64,000 bases of DNA from Octopus vulgaris (taxonomy: Eukaryota), in assembly GCA_951406725.2 (NCBI GenBank), contig OX597821.1, positions 103,168,001 to 103,232,000 of the forward strand, in the 5' to 3' direction. The notes under the pieces were generated by a model. The model worked only from the letters and a program-made list of their open reading frames with translations, made no database searches and was not told the origin of the DNA. Positions 28,381 to 43,039 of this stretch are shown piece after piece (the stretch's first letter is position 1; the number at the start of each line of letters is the position of its first letter). The translations under genes and the position numbers were made by a program.

Positions 28381-29170
28381 CTGCTAACTGATAGTACCAA
28401 AATATTGTTTAGGAATTCATGAACTCCGCGCAGAACTATAAGAACCCAAAGAATAACATATCGATTCATTCTTAATACACGGTTGTATTTCTTCCTCGGA
28501 GTACACCTCCTTCCTTGAGACGTTGTGTTTTCATAAAATCTGAATCACTCGTTCAAAAGGATTTTGAGATACCAAAGTGTTTCGAATTTATTGTGCCTCC
28601 TCAGTCGTTGCCACCTCGTCGAACCGAAAAACTAACGAAAGCATGGACTTTTCTTCATAGAAACCAACAAAGAATGCATTTGCCGATGCGTGCTGATGTC
28701 TGTCGAAGAGATGAAAAATTCATGGATAACGCGCAGAATGGCGAGAATCCAAACAATTGTTTCGTTTTTGTTTCGATTCTGATTGTTCTGCCTGATTTGC
28801 TAGCTGACTTCTATAAACAAGAGCTTGTGTTCTGGTTAGATTCATTGTTCCGACAGGGTAGCTTTGGCGGTGAAAACAGAAGACAGATTAACGCCAGTAA
28901 AAGCAGAAGACAACAAAGAACGAGATGATAAATAAAAATTTACACAAGTTAAACCAGTGCTAACGCACTTAATGTAGTAAGAACAAAAACCAAAAACAAA
29001 ACGCATAAACAAACAAAACAAATAAACTTTAATTAATCAAGACTCTCAACGTCGTCTAACATGAAAAGTCAAGAAGGAACTGACACGTGAAGCTGACATT
29101 GCTCGCTGCGGAAAATAAAACTTTTAATGTCGCCGACGCTGTTCTCCGTCGCCATCATCAAGATCGCTGT

Positions 29171-29724
<554 letters not shown>

Positions 29725-29914
29725 TATCGTTTGTCGTCCTCCGCATCAACAAGTTGAAAAGAAAATCAATAAATATATAAAGAGTTCCATCACAGACGTG
29801 TGATTAACAAGTTCACTTTGCAATCACGGGTTTTGGGGTTCTATTCTATAACGCAGCACTTCAGGTAAATGTCTTATAAATACAGACCCATGTCTTGTGA
29901 AAGTAAGATTTTTT

Positions 29915-30115
29915 TCCACAAGGGCAGCTTGGGGGAGGTAGGGACGAGTCGATTACATCGACCCCATTGTTCAACTGGTACTTATTTTATCGACCCCGAA
30001 AGGATGAAAGGCAAAGTCGACTTCGGCGGAATTTCAATTCAGAACGTAGCTGCAGACAAAGTGCCGCTAAGCATTTCATCCGGTGTGCCAACGATTTTGC
30101 CCCCTCGCCGCCTTA
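29915..30115 (-). mobile_element. SINE family B
   Basis: Reverse complement of family B. Confidence 0.85.
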
Positions 30116-30124
30116 ATGATAACG

Positions 30125-30157
<33 letters not shown>

Positions 30158-30200
30158 TTAATAATAATTATAATAATAATAATAACAATAATAATAATAA

Positions 30201-30640
30201 TACAAACAGTGTTAATTGAATAAGAAAGCAAAGAAAACCAGACATAGTATTAATTGAGAATGAAAGCAAGCGATGCTGGATCATAGATATAACACACTCA
30301 GCTGAGAACAAGGTATGCGATAAGGGAGAAAGAAAAGTCGATAGATATGATTGGTTCGCTTGGGAAGTTAAGCAGTTGTGGTCGAGGAAAAAAGTGATAC
30401 CAATAATTGTCGGAACTCCAGGAACAGTGAGCAAAAATCTTGAGAAGTACGTGGAATTAATAGAGGCTGCAATAAGGGTGGAGCACTTGCAGAAAACAGC
30501 ACTGCTTCGAACCGCTCGTATACGCCGGAAGGTGCTCGAAAAATAAGAGGTGTTACCTTAGTTCACTGGTAGTGAACAGCTGGCACCGTAGTACATTTCC
30601 AGCGTTAGAAGCTGTGCAAAGACAATAAATAATAATAAAA
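30201..30640 (+). mobile_element. R4/Dong-type non-LTR retrotransposon 3' fragment (third subfamily)
   Basis: Manual translation RKPDIVLIENESKRCWIIDI...KVDRY...VIPIIVGTPGTV...LQKTALLRTARIRRKVLEK* (stop 30544-30546); (TAA)n upstream and TAA-rich end. Confidence 0.88.
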
Positions 30641-31487
30641 GAAATGAAATAGAACCGATGTGCTATGTTACTTATTGGCATAATAACCCACCCAAGATAT
30701 AATAAACACTTGAGTTTGAAAACTTGGATTAAAAAAGTCTAATTACTCATTTAAGAAACAAAAGCTGTCTCTAGGGGAGTTTAAAATCTGAAAACAATAA
30801 TAGCAGAAAATCGGAAGACGATGTAAGTAGGCGTATAATTTGTTAAACACAAATTGTTATGACTATTGAAATAAATTATATAGCTGCAACTCCAAAACCT
30901 CACTTTTGAGGAAAACACATTTAAAAATTTAGTAGAGACTTTTTTCTTTAAAATTACAGTTAATGCAAAAATAATACAAAATATTATTAAAATCAGCGAA
31001 ATATTTAAGATTGTAACGAACTAATCTCCATGTAGCAAGCCTGTCCTTTTGTTTTAAGGCTAGGTTAGTTATGGAGAGACCTTGATTTCTGAGTTTATAG
31101 CCCATTCCCCAGTGAAACTTCGTAATAGTAATTTGGTAATTATAATATGCATCCTCTAGAAGTGGAGATTAATTTAAAAAAATCAAACATTTACTTTGTA
31201 TGGTATTTGAATCACTATATTTGTCAAATGGAGTAACTTGTCTGTTATCTCAACCACCTACGCACAAAATATGCAAATGTATGAGAGAGAGAGAGGGAGA
31301 GAGAGAGAGAGAAGGAAAAACAGGAAGAGAGAGGGGGAAAGAGAGAGAATGAGAGAGAGTGAGAAGGAAAGAGAAACCATGACAATCACTGTCAAAAATA
31401 TATTATTCAACAGATAGTGAAGCTTCTTGAAAATAGTAGTTAAATGTATTAAATACACGCTACATCAAACAAAATATTTCCACTCCA

Positions 31488-31865
31488 AGGCGGCGAGCCG
31501 GGTGAAATGCTGAGTGGTATTTCGCCGGCCGCTACTTTCTGAGTTCAAATTTCGCCGAGGCCGACTTTGCCTTTCATCCTTTCGGGGTCGATTAAATAAG
31601 TACCAGTTACGCACTGGGGTCGATATAATCGACTTAATCCGTTTGTCTGTCCTTGTTTGTCCTCTCTGTATTTAGCCCCTTGTGGCTAGTAAAGAAATAG
31701 GTATTTCGTCTGTCTTTATGTTCGGAGTTCAAATTCCGCCGAGGTCGACTTTGCCTTTCATCCTTTCGCAGTCGATAAATTAAGTGCCAGTTGCGTACTG
31801 GGGTTGATCTAATCGACTGGCCTCCTACCCCAAAATTTTGGGTCTTGTGCCTAGGGTAGAAAAGT
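31488..31865 (+). mobile_element. SINE family B dimer
   Basis: Unit with tail 1, junction GTAAAGAAATAGGTATTTCGTCTG, second unit with tail 2. Confidence 0.9.
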
Positions 31866-31948
31866 TTATATTTCTATTCCGCCAATCCTCGATATTCAAG
31901 CTTGTTCTCTCTCTCTCTCACACACACACTCACTCACACAGACACAGA

Positions 31949-32027
<79 letters not shown>

Positions 32028-32104
32028 ACTTGGAAATGGATGCTTGGCGATCGATCATATAATAATATAAATAATATACGAATATATGCATATATATCTA
32101 CATA

Positions 32105-32191
<87 letters not shown>

Positions 32192-32973
32192 CAGAGGCAA
32201 CTTCAGGTTATAAGCGTCACTCTGGCTCATCACAGATTTCAAAAAAGACACTTGAAGAATTTCACGTGTTTCCGCTTATTTCTAGCCCCAAATAGCCTAT
32301 TATTATTTTTCTTAAAAATCTAGCACTATGTCTTTCTCCATTTCTAAGTTAAGAGTAAAACTAAAGCAGCTTTGCAAACTGATCTTTACACACAGACGCA
32401 CAGAATAACAGAAAGCAAATAACGACAGCAGAGAGTGCACAACATCGGCGATCTGACTGTCGCCTGAACTCTTGACAAGAGGTGCCAGTTAGTCTTTTAT
32501 ACCTACCAGGCTCGTTCGTATTAGCCCGAGTTGCTGGGTAGTTTTTTTTTACTCCTTTAAGAATATTTTAGAACCGAAACTCTTCATAGATTAGAATTTC
32601 ACTCTTAATCTGTATAGAAAGTCATTGTATAAAAAAAACCAAAACCCCAAAAAAAAAAAAACCCAAAAAACATTGAATTTGAATTACTTTTAATTTTTAG
32701 GATCATAGATAACAACTCGTGTTGTAACTTGTGAGCCCGTGTGAATGATGTCGAGAGAAGGTCTTCTACGAATGATATTTTTTTTTAACACAGGGCACCG
32801 TCAGACACTGAACTGCGACCAGGCCTAATAAAAGGAGCCCGTGTATTTGGCTGAAATTACATACTTAAAGTCAGTGTTGGTAGAGTTAAATCAGCTTGAA
32901 AATACACGCTCAGTTTACTAAATTTATACTCGGGCTAAGACAGAACAGCCTGAGTGGCTGAGTCGCCATTGAT

Positions 32974-33008
<35 letters not shown>

Positions 33009-33079
33009 CACACATATATAAAGACTTTTGATTTTGTTTAATACTCCTAACGCGGCTACGATGGGGGGATACTCATAGG

Positions 33080-33860
33080 TTTCAAATTTTGGCACACGGT
33101 ACTTCTTTTATCGACCCCAAAATGATGAAAATTTGAAGGCGGCATTTGAACTCAGAACGTTAAGTCGGAAGAAATATCGCGAAGCCCTTTTGCGCCGTGC
33201 TAACGATTCTACCAGAATGCTGTCTTTATCGAAGATATTAAATATCATATAAATATTCTTTTCTACACTAAGCACAAGGCCATACATTTTTGGAGAGGGG
33301 GCCAGTTGATTGATCGATCCCCAGTACGCAGCTAGTACTTAATTTATTGGCGAAAGGCTAAGTCGATCTCGACGGAATTTGAACTCCGAACATAAAGACA
33401 GACAAAATACTGCTAAGCATTTCGCCCGGCGAGCTAACTTTTCTTATTTCTTTATTGCCCACAAGGTGCTAAACATAAAGGGAACAAACAAGGACAGACA
33501 GAGAAATTAAGTCGATTACATCGACCCAGTGCGCAACTGGTACTTAATTTATCGTCCCCGAGAGGATGAAAGGCAAAGTCTACCTCGGCCGTATTTGAAC
33601 TCAGAACGTAGAGGCAGACGAAATACCTATTTCTTTATTACCCACAAGGGGCTAAACACAGCGGGGACAAACAAGGACAGACAAACGGATTAAGTCAATT
33701 ATATCGACCCCAGTGCGTAACTGGTACTTATTTAATCGACCCCGAAAGGATGAAAGGCAAAGTCGACCTCGGCGGAATTTGAATTCAGAACGTAACGGCA
33801 GACCATATACGGCTATGCGTTTCACCCGGCGCGCTAACGTTTCTGCCAGCTCGCTGCCTT
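33080..33860 (-). mobile_element. Stack of about four SINE family B units
   Basis: Repeated reverse-complement B blocks (GGAATTTGAACTCAGAAC). Confidence 0.88.
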
Positions 33861-34589
33861 CATTAGCATATAAATATTATCGCCATGACAATCTCATCTG
33901 GATCTCCATTCATATCGTAGTATACGCGATACATGTTCTGTTTGAAGACCAGTTGTCAGAAATAGGTGGGGGAGGGGGGGTTGAAAATTGGGGGATAATC
34001 AGCTTCAACTTTCAGACTTCATCTTTCCGACCTCCTATTAGAAATTTCTTCGTCGGTTTTAAAATAGAATTGCGAGTCTGAATTGATTACTTGTGTGTCT
34101 AATAGAGCGTTCTTTACATTGATTTGGTGCAAACTGGCAGAGGGCAGAAACACTTGCACGAGGTTTACACGAATTTCAATTTATATAAATAGCTTATTGA
34201 AATTATTTTTTGCGGGAAATTGGCCAAAAATTGTTCTAAGAATTAAAAAAAAAACATTTATTTTCTGTTTTAGACAATCAACAAGATATGTAATAGCATA
34301 GAATATAGCTCAATATAAACCGAAGATATATATATGTATATATACATACGCACAGACACACACACGCACACACACACATATATATATATCTTTATAGGTA
34401 CAGATATGCATTTATACAAACACACACGCACTCACTCAGACACACACTCATATACGCATAGAATAGATAGAGTTCATGCCATGAGAATTTCATAGACTTT
34501 CGAGAGAACCTGAACAGATTATTTGTTTTTTTTTTTGTTTTTGAATACCTCGAAACACGCACCTAAAGCTATGCACGGTCTTTTTACTA

Positions 34590-35090
34590 TGGGCAGAAGG
34601 CCTGAAATACTTATCGATCACATGGTCCCCGGCGCTCAACTGATACTTATTTTATCGACTTATAAAGATTGGCAGGCAAAGCCTTGTTCGGCGGCATTTG
34701 AACTGAAAACCTAAAGGCGGACGAAATGCTGCCTAAACAATTTTTCCTGGAGGAAAAATACTGCGAAGCCCTTTTCCGCCGTGCTAACGATTCTGCCAGA
34801 ATGCTGTCTTTATTGAGGATATTAATTATCATATAAATATTCTTTTCTACACTAGGCACAAGGCCATAAATTTTTGGGGAGGAGGCCAGTTGATTAGATC
34901 GACCCCAGTACGCAGCTAGTACTTAATTTATCGACGAAAGGCCAAGTCAACCTCGACGGAATTTGAACTCCGAACATGAAGACAGACGAAATACTGCTAA
35001 GCATTTCGCCCGGCGAGCTAACGTTCCTTATTTCTTTATTGCCCACAAGGGGCTAAACATAAAGGGGACAAACAAGGACAGAGAGAGAAA
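34590..35090 (-). mobile_element. SINE family B cluster, partly a local duplicate of 33177-33510
   Basis: Reverse-complement B blocks with shared non-SINE spacer. Confidence 0.85.
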
Positions 35091-35243
35091 TTTTTCTGTT
35101 TGCTTGCCGCTTTCATAAAGCTATAAATCATATTGGATTGGAAAAAACCTCTTGATGTGTTTTTCAACCCGATTTTTATATGCTTTATGTGTGTGCCTCG
35201 AGATGTAAAGCCACCTCGCCCCGCCCAAAAGAAAACCTTAGAA

Positions 35244-35460
35244 TACGAAGGGGCGCTGAAAAGTTCTGGCTTTGGGTAAAAGAAAATACAGGAGGATCAG
35301 TTAATGATTTTATTAAACATATTCCTCTCTCAGATTCACACATTAATTGCAGCGGCCCTTCAGTTTTTCTAAGCCCTCTAAAATAACTCGGAAGGTTTGG
35401 CCTCCAACAAGGCCTTTCGTGATACCCTTAAAACCAGAACATTTTCAGCATTCCCTTGTG
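35244..35460. mobile_element. Tc1/mariner-type MITE
   Basis: TA-CGAAGGGGCGCTGAAAAGTTCTGGCTTT versus imperfect inverted end AAAACCAGAACATTTTCAGCATTCCCTTGTG. Confidence 0.7.
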
Positions 35461-35918
35461 CATAGGGTTTTATTTGTAGATGTGGAAGACTGTTGGAGCG
35501 TCGGACAAAATGTCTTGTAGTACATTGTTACACTCATTTACGTTCTGATTTCAAATCACGCGAAGGTCAACTTTGTACTTCATCATTCCAGGGCTGATAA
35601 ATGAAGTCTTTATGAAGTACTAGGGTAGATGTTATCAGGTGCTGTCTTTCACCTCACCCAAAATTCTTGTCTCGTGCTTATATAAACAACATTATAGAGC
35701 AATTTATTGATAATTTATGATCGTCTTTGTCGTTGTTGAAAGTAATTATTCTAGAAATTTGATGTATATACCATTAAAATAGTTATTAGCCACGTTTATG
35801 TTGCGAGTAATAAAAAAAGAAGTGCAACAGAGCCAGTGCTAGAGTTTATTTATGGCATAATGACCCTCTCAAGATGCAACACACGGTGTGTTTAAAATCT
35901 TCGCTTAAGAGAGGTTAG

Positions 35919-36243
35919 GTGAAGGCACAGGGCTTATTGGTTTGGGCATTTGGTTCACGATTGTAAGGCCATGAGTTCCATACACGGCAGTGTATTTTGT
36001 CCTTGAGAAAGATAGTTTATTTCAAGTTGCTCTTGTCCACTCAGCAGGAAAAAGTAAGGTGTATTGGTAATTGAAATGACCAGCCTTGTCACATTCTGTA
36101 CCACGCTGAATCTCCCAGAGAACTACGTTATGGGTACTCGTGTCTGTGGAGTGCTCAGCCACTTAAACGTTAATTTCACGAGCAGGCTGTTCCGTTGATA
36201 AAATCACCTGGAATACTCGGCGTCGAAAGCGACGGAGTGCCAG
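35919..36243 (+). mobile_element. SINE family C, diverged
   Basis: Reverse complement of 8174-8497. Confidence 0.85.
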
Positions 36244-36458
36244 GTTAATCACGTGTTTAGAAAACACAATTTACCAACAGCTCCCATACACACATACACG
36301 CACACATATACAAGCACATTAACACACGTTTCTATGCATGTATTATATATATATATATATATATAGATAAGCAAGGAAAATTTGTAAAAATGCAGAATGC
36401 TAAATTGAAAGAAAATTTTTATGAAATGAGAGATTGAAAAAATATATAAATATATATT

Positions 36459-36500
36459 TATTCAAACCGGTTTTCGTCATAGTGTGACTTATCAAGAATA
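36459..36500 (-). ncRNA. Minimal type-I hammerhead-like motif
   Basis: Reverse strand TATTC-TTGATAA-GTCA-CACTA-TGAC-GAAA-ACCGGT-TT-GAATA: perfect helices I and II, palindromic helix III, core TTGATAA instead of CTGATGA. Confidence 0.6.
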
Positions 36501-37040
36501 GTTAGGTAAAAAAAGTTTTTTTTAAAATGAGAAAGGGGAAAAAAGAAAGTTGCATTGTTTTTTGCAAAAGAATAATAATAAATATGTACAAAAATTAAAA
36601 AATAAGTACTCCGATACATTGTGAGTTCGTCGTGTATCTTGAGTTTAATGATTGTTCATGAAAAAATTACCTTGAGGTATTAGGATCCAATGGGATTAAG
36701 ACCATGTGTTGTTTGGTTTAATTAAGGATGTTGGCAAAAACAGGAAGTAGTAGTAATTGTGGTTCTTCAGTTTCTGTGTTGTGAATAAGGGGAGACAACT
36801 CTTTTGAGTTCTTCAATTTTTGTTTCTCAAACTCCCCTGCAATAAAGGCTGCTAATAAACCCCAAATTATAAAATTATCATTTTAAATTACCCGGGACCA
36901 TGTAGTTGGGAAGTAAAGTCCTTACTACACAGCCACGCCTACGCCTATACATACATACAGACATACATACATACATAGAAAGAGGAAAACAATTAGTTTT
37001 AAATCGTTGAGCGAGAAGTAAGTAGTCACAATAAGACTAC

Positions 37041-37213
37041 AGAGTAAAATCTATTTGCCAACGTAAAGTGGCAGTCCTGATTAGGATGATGTTACTATCT
37101 ATATTAGCCCCGTCGGTAGCCATCTAGAAAAGATGTTTTCCAGGAGCTAAAAGAAGTAGTAACATCATTCTAATCAGGACTGCCACTTTACGTTGGCAAA
37201 TAGATTCTACTCT
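37041..37213. repeat. Fold-back palindrome / hairpin MITE
   Basis: Arms of ~70 bp; the outer ~56 bp differ at only 2 positions; spacer ~30 bp. Confidence 0.9.
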
Positions 37214-37274
37214 CTCTCTCTCTCTCTCCATGTATACATATACATGTATTTGTTTATATGTATGTATGTATCTA

Positions 37275-37579
37275 CTTATATGTTCCTTCTCGAGCCATGC
37301 CTTGTTCAAGAGGGCCGGTTCCCAGTTTCCTCGGCGCATGGGTTCCCCACCTGGACGGGACGCCAGTCCGTCGCAGTTGAGCTGCAAGATGCAGGAGGAA
37401 AGACTGAGAGAAAGTTGTGGCGAAAGAGTCAGCAGAAGATAGTCATTACCTTCTGCCGGAGCCGCTTGGAGCTTAGGTGTTTTCGCTCATAAACACCACA
37501 CATCACCCGGTCTGAGATTCGAACCCGCGATCCCTCGACCGCGAGTCCGCTGCTCTAACCACTAGGTCATGTGCCTCCA
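37275..37579 (-). mobile_element. SINE family D, full length
   Basis: Reverse strand TGGAGGCACATGACCTAGTGGTTAGAGCAGCGGACTCGCGGTCGAGGGATCGCGGGTTCGAATCTC tRNA-like head; related copies at 52898-53005 and 60000-60282. Confidence 0.88.
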
Positions 37580-37901
37580 TCTATTTATATACACACAATT
37601 CTATTCACTGTGTCGTTGATTAAAATTAATTCCTTTATCAAGAATGACAGCTTCGTTGCAGCGACTGCGAGCTCGCGCCGATGTTACGCCATTTTGATAC
37701 GAAATAAATTTGAATCCTTTTATGGAAATTATTGTTGCTGCTGTCTATCCTCAGGTCAAACTTGCTTAACTATATTTTAGACGCCATTCTTTAATTTCGG
37801 CCGGTTATTCGACAAATATTCCTCTTGGGTCTCCTGTAATAAGCCATGTTTCTAGTTAAGCTTATGACAGATTAACTTGAAAGTCGCATTCAATAATCCT
37901 T

Positions 37902-37961
<60 letters not shown>

Positions 37962-38094
37962 ATATATTTCTATATTTCTATGCATGTATGCATTTATGTT
38001 TGTATCTAATCTACCTGCGTATGTGTATCTTTAATAATAATAGCCCTTAACAATCCCTACCGCACTCTCACCTTTTCTCTTTCTCATGTATATA

Positions 38095-38190
<96 letters not shown>

Positions 38191-39159
38191 ATGTATATAT
38201 ATGTATGCATATATATACACCTCTGTATATATGTATATGTTTATATATATATATATTTAACATATATTAAATACGTGTATATGCTTGTATGAAAGTATTT
38301 ATGTATATGTTCCTGCCTATCTTTAATAATCAACCTTATCTGTCTTTAACAATCTCTCTCTCGCTGTCTCACTGTGTGTGTGTTTGTTTGTGTGTGTGTG
38401 TGTGTGTGTATTTCTGTATGCGTGTATGTATTAGTAATGTATGTGCATATGTGAGCATGCGTTTTCATTAAGCAATCTGTTACATCAGCACAAAGCCATT
38501 AACTTGACTCTAAGCATCCTACCTAAGCTATCCTTTCATGTAGTCTTCTCTTCCTCCCTCCCTCCTCCCTGTGTGTGTATGTGTGTGTGTGTGTGTGTAT
38601 GAAACTAATTATCTAATTTATCAGTCAAAGCATTTATTCAACCAACTAACTTCCTAAGTGCCAACCAGACTGTCTATTTCAGTTCTTCTGTCCTTACCTT
38701 TCATACAAATTGCCCGTACAATTCTATTTGATGTTAATTACAACGAACTGTGCACACACTAATGCACAAATGTGCAAATTATGCAAACTTCCGAGCCAAC
38801 AGGAAACCTTTACGTGTTTGATCGACTAAGTAGAATTAGTTGCCAAATGTACTACGATATATACGTAGCGTCTTCAAAAAGCAATTGATAACGTGATTCT
38901 ATTGGGTTGTCAAATGAATTCCATTGCTTGTACATCTATTATCTTGCATTTGTTTCACTCGTTGAACTGCAACCATGGTGAGGCATCACCTTGAACGGTC
39001 CAGTCGTACGAACCAGCTCTGGTTCTTATTCTTTATAAGTTTTGCGTTTATTCTATGTTCTTTACTGATAACTGAAGTGAAATAGAACCAGTGCGTGTGT
39101 TCTACAACCAAGTTATTAGTATCGCTATGCTAAGGCGAAATATTAATATACATACATAA

Positions 39160-39632
<473 letters not shown>

Positions 39633-40645
39633 CACCACACGTTCCTTCCAAGCACAGTTGTAGACAGCGGAAATGAACTAGAACTTTAAAATTTAGTGCG
39701 CATGTACAGCAGAGTTCAAGATCAATCTGTTCCAAGCTGTTTCACTCTGCATCCTTTAGCTTCGTTACTATGGCAACTGTCCAGATACTTATTGAATCAG
39801 ACCACGTATGCACATACATACATATATATGCATTCTATGCCTTTACGTGTATCTAATCAAGAAATTAATTAAAACAGTTAAACAGATAATTATTGAAATA
39901 ATGATCATAAAATGATTTTATTTAGAACAATTCAAATAAAAATATTCAGGTAAAAATACGAAATACGAGAAATGCATTTTCAAAATTGGCGAAAGAGAAA
40001 GTTTGCGATTTTAAATGGAAAATTGATAGAAGAATGAAAGCCGTGAGGAGATGACGAAGCAACGTAAATCGGGGGTAAAATGTATAAATATGGAAGAAGG
40101 AACGAAGGATGCAGAAAGCATATTGTGTGAATTTGTACACATATTAAAATGGAAAAAATGGTGAAAGTCCAAGGAATGATTAAATGTTGTGCGTAACAGA
40201 AATATAAAAAAGTTTTGACATTAAATAGATTGAAGTAATTTACAATTATCAAGAGATATTCAAATGAAGTTTTCAACTCAAAATAGCCATGAAAATACAT
40301 TTTAAAATTTAAATCGAGCTAATGTAGTTAATTAGAATGATAATTAAGAATAATGTAGTTAATTGGAATGAGGAAATATTGTGCTTTCAAGTGTTAGCAC
40401 AAGGTTTGCAATTTCGTCGGTAGGGGTAGGTCGATTAGATCGACTCCGGTGCTAAGCGGTATTTATTTTATCTACGTCGATGCAGAAAGTAAAGACGGAC
40501 GACATTCCGTTGAGCATTTTGTCCGGTTGCTAACATTTCTGCCAGCTCACGGTATTAGATGGAGGAAATATGAGCAGAAAGAGTTTCTTGCTTGTCTTCG
40601 TAAACACATGAGAGGATATCAAAAATAGAATATAAAGAAATATTA

Positions 40646-41055
40646 GGCGCAGGAGTGGCTGTGTGGTAAGTAGCTTGCTAACCAACCACATGGTTCCGGG
40701 TTCAGTCCCACTGCGTGGCATCTTGGGCAAGTGTCTTCTGCTATAGCCCCGGGCCGACCAATGCCTTGTGAGTGGATTTGGTAGACGGAAACTGAAAGAA
40801 GCCTGTCGTATATATGTATATATCTATATACGTATGTGTGTGTGTTTGTCCCCCTAGCAGTGCTTGACAACCGATGCTGGTGTGTTTACGTCCCCGTCAC
40901 TTAGCGGTTCGGCAAAAGAGACCGATGGAATAAGTACTGGGCTTACAAAGAATAAGTCCCGGGGTCGATTTGCTCGACTAAAGGTGGTGCTCCAGCATGG
41001 CCGCAGTCAAATGACTGAAACAAGTAAAAGAGTAAAGAGTAAAGAGTAAAGAGTA
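40646..41055 (+). mobile_element. SINE family A, full length, young
   Basis: Intact boxes; tail (GAGTAAA)x4. Confidence 0.92.
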
Positions 41056-41069
41056 AATAAGAAAACCCA

Positions 41070-41508
41070 TGTTGTTGTTGGCATCCTTTTTGTCTAGGGA
41101 GACAATGGAGTTTCGCTTAAAATACTCTTAGTCCGGCTTTTACATTTCATGTCCTAATACATCTCCTGCTGTGGCTGTGTAGTCCTATCCTGGACAAACA
41201 CTCCTTCTGGCAGGTGCCGCAAATGTAGTGAAGACTTTGCCTGGCTGGTTGTAATGTCATAGTTTCTTGTTGACGTCTTTTCTTGTCTTTCCATTTCTCC
41301 TCTCTCCCTCTGTCACTCCTTTGTGTTCCCTCTTTTACGGTACGTCGCCAATCTCCGCGGTTGCTGGCAACTGCTTCCCAGTTGCTAATATTGATGTCGC
41401 AGGCCTTCATGTCCTTTTTGCAAACATCCTTATATCGTAAGAACAGCCTTCCTACAGACCTAGTGCCCCCAGCAAGCACTCCGTAGAGTATGTCGTTGGG
41501 GATTCTGC
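41070..41508 (-). mobile_element. RTE-clade LINE 3' fragment (ORF C-terminus plus 3' UTR)
   Basis: RIPNDILYGVL..G.RSVGR..LRYKDVCKKDM...WEAVASNRGDWR...CGTCQKECLSRIGLHSH zinc-finger tail typical of RTE/BovB-like ORFs; 3' end CCATTGTC...GATGC(CAA)n. Confidence 0.9.
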
Positions 41509-41520
41509 TATAATAATAAC

Positions 41521-41599
<79 letters not shown>

Positions 41600-41616
41600 T
41601 TAATAATAATAATAAT

Positions 41617-42222
41617 ATCTTCTACTATAGGCACAAGGCCTGAAATTTGGGAGAGGGGATAGTCGATTACATCGACACCAGTACTCATCTGGTATTTGAT
41701 TTATCGACCCCGAAAGGATGAAAGGTAAAGTCGACCTCGGCAGAATTTGAACTCAGAACGTAGCGGCAGACGAAATACCTATTTCTTTACTTTCCACAAG
41801 GGGCTAAACACAGAGGGGACAAACAAGGACAGACAAACGGATTAAGTCGATTATATCGACACCAGTGCTTAACTGGTACTTATTTAATCGACCCCGAAAG
41901 TATGAAAGGCAAAGTCGACCTCGGCGGAATTTGAACTCAGAACGTAAAGACAGACGAAATACCGGTAAGCATTTCGCCCGGCGCGCTGACGATTCTACTA
42001 GCGCGCCGTCTTATCTACTGGAGGCACAAGGCTTGAAATTTGGCTGAAGGGATTAAGTCGATTATATCAACCCCAGTGCGTAAGTGGAACTTACTTAATC
42101 GACCCCGAAAGGATGAAAGCAACGTCGATCTCGGTGGAATTTGAACTTAGAACGCAGTAGCAGACGAAATACTGCTCATCATTTCATCCGAGGTGCTTAT
42201 GATTCATCCAGCTCGCCGCCTA
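41617..42222 (-). mobile_element. SINE family B dimer plus adjacent monomer
   Basis: Three reverse-complement B bodies. Confidence 0.9.
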
Positions 42223-42229
42223 AACAGCA

Positions 42230-42272
<43 letters not shown>

Positions 42273-42285
42273 CAGCAACAACAAA

Positions 42286-42568
42286 TGCCCTGATGCAATA
42301 CCAGGCAGTGGCTTTCAAGTCTTCTCATCTTAACTGATTGGAAGTGTTATCATGTACGTTGTTTTGTCTTGGTATAAATGACGGGCCACAGCAAATATTC
42401 TGCTCAATACCACAGATGTTCTTGTTAGTTGTTTGACCTTAACCAGTTAAGCATGCCTCTTGGTGGCAGACGATATGTGCATCTCTGATCAGGAGCAAAA
42501 GTAGAGGGAGAGCATCATAGCCATGTGTTGAGAGGAGTTCTTTCGTATTGGAATAATTCACCCCTGAA
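42286..42568 (+). mobile_element. Unclassified (TAA)/(CAA)n-associated repeat (copy 3)
   Basis: Same 5' start (TGCCCTGATGCA.TA.CAGGCAGT) as 23496. Confidence 0.75.
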
Positions 42569-42572
42569 TTAC

Positions 42573-42672
<100 letters not shown>

Positions 42673-42872
42673 GATAACGATCCCTATTGATCAAATTTTT
42701 TTTCCTATCCCCCTTTTTTTAACCCCCTTTTTTTGTCCTCTTTCTCTCCTTTTACGATCCCTTTTGATCGAAACTCCCCCTTCCTTTTTTTTTTTTTAAA
42801 CCTTCAAAAGAAAAGCTCTACCTTGTAATTTGTTCTATCTGTGTGCAGCCCTGTGTGGCTAATAAAGAAACA
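42673..42872 (+). mobile_element. Probable retroelement 3' end inserted in (TATC)n
   Basis: 200-bp pyrimidine-rich insert ending AATAAAGAAAC, with (TATC)n on both sides. Confidence 0.5.
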
Positions 42873-42941
<69 letters not shown>

Positions 42942-42979
42942 GTCTGTCTGTCTGTCGTTCTGCCTGCCTGCCTGTCTGC

Positions 42980-43039
<60 letters not shown>

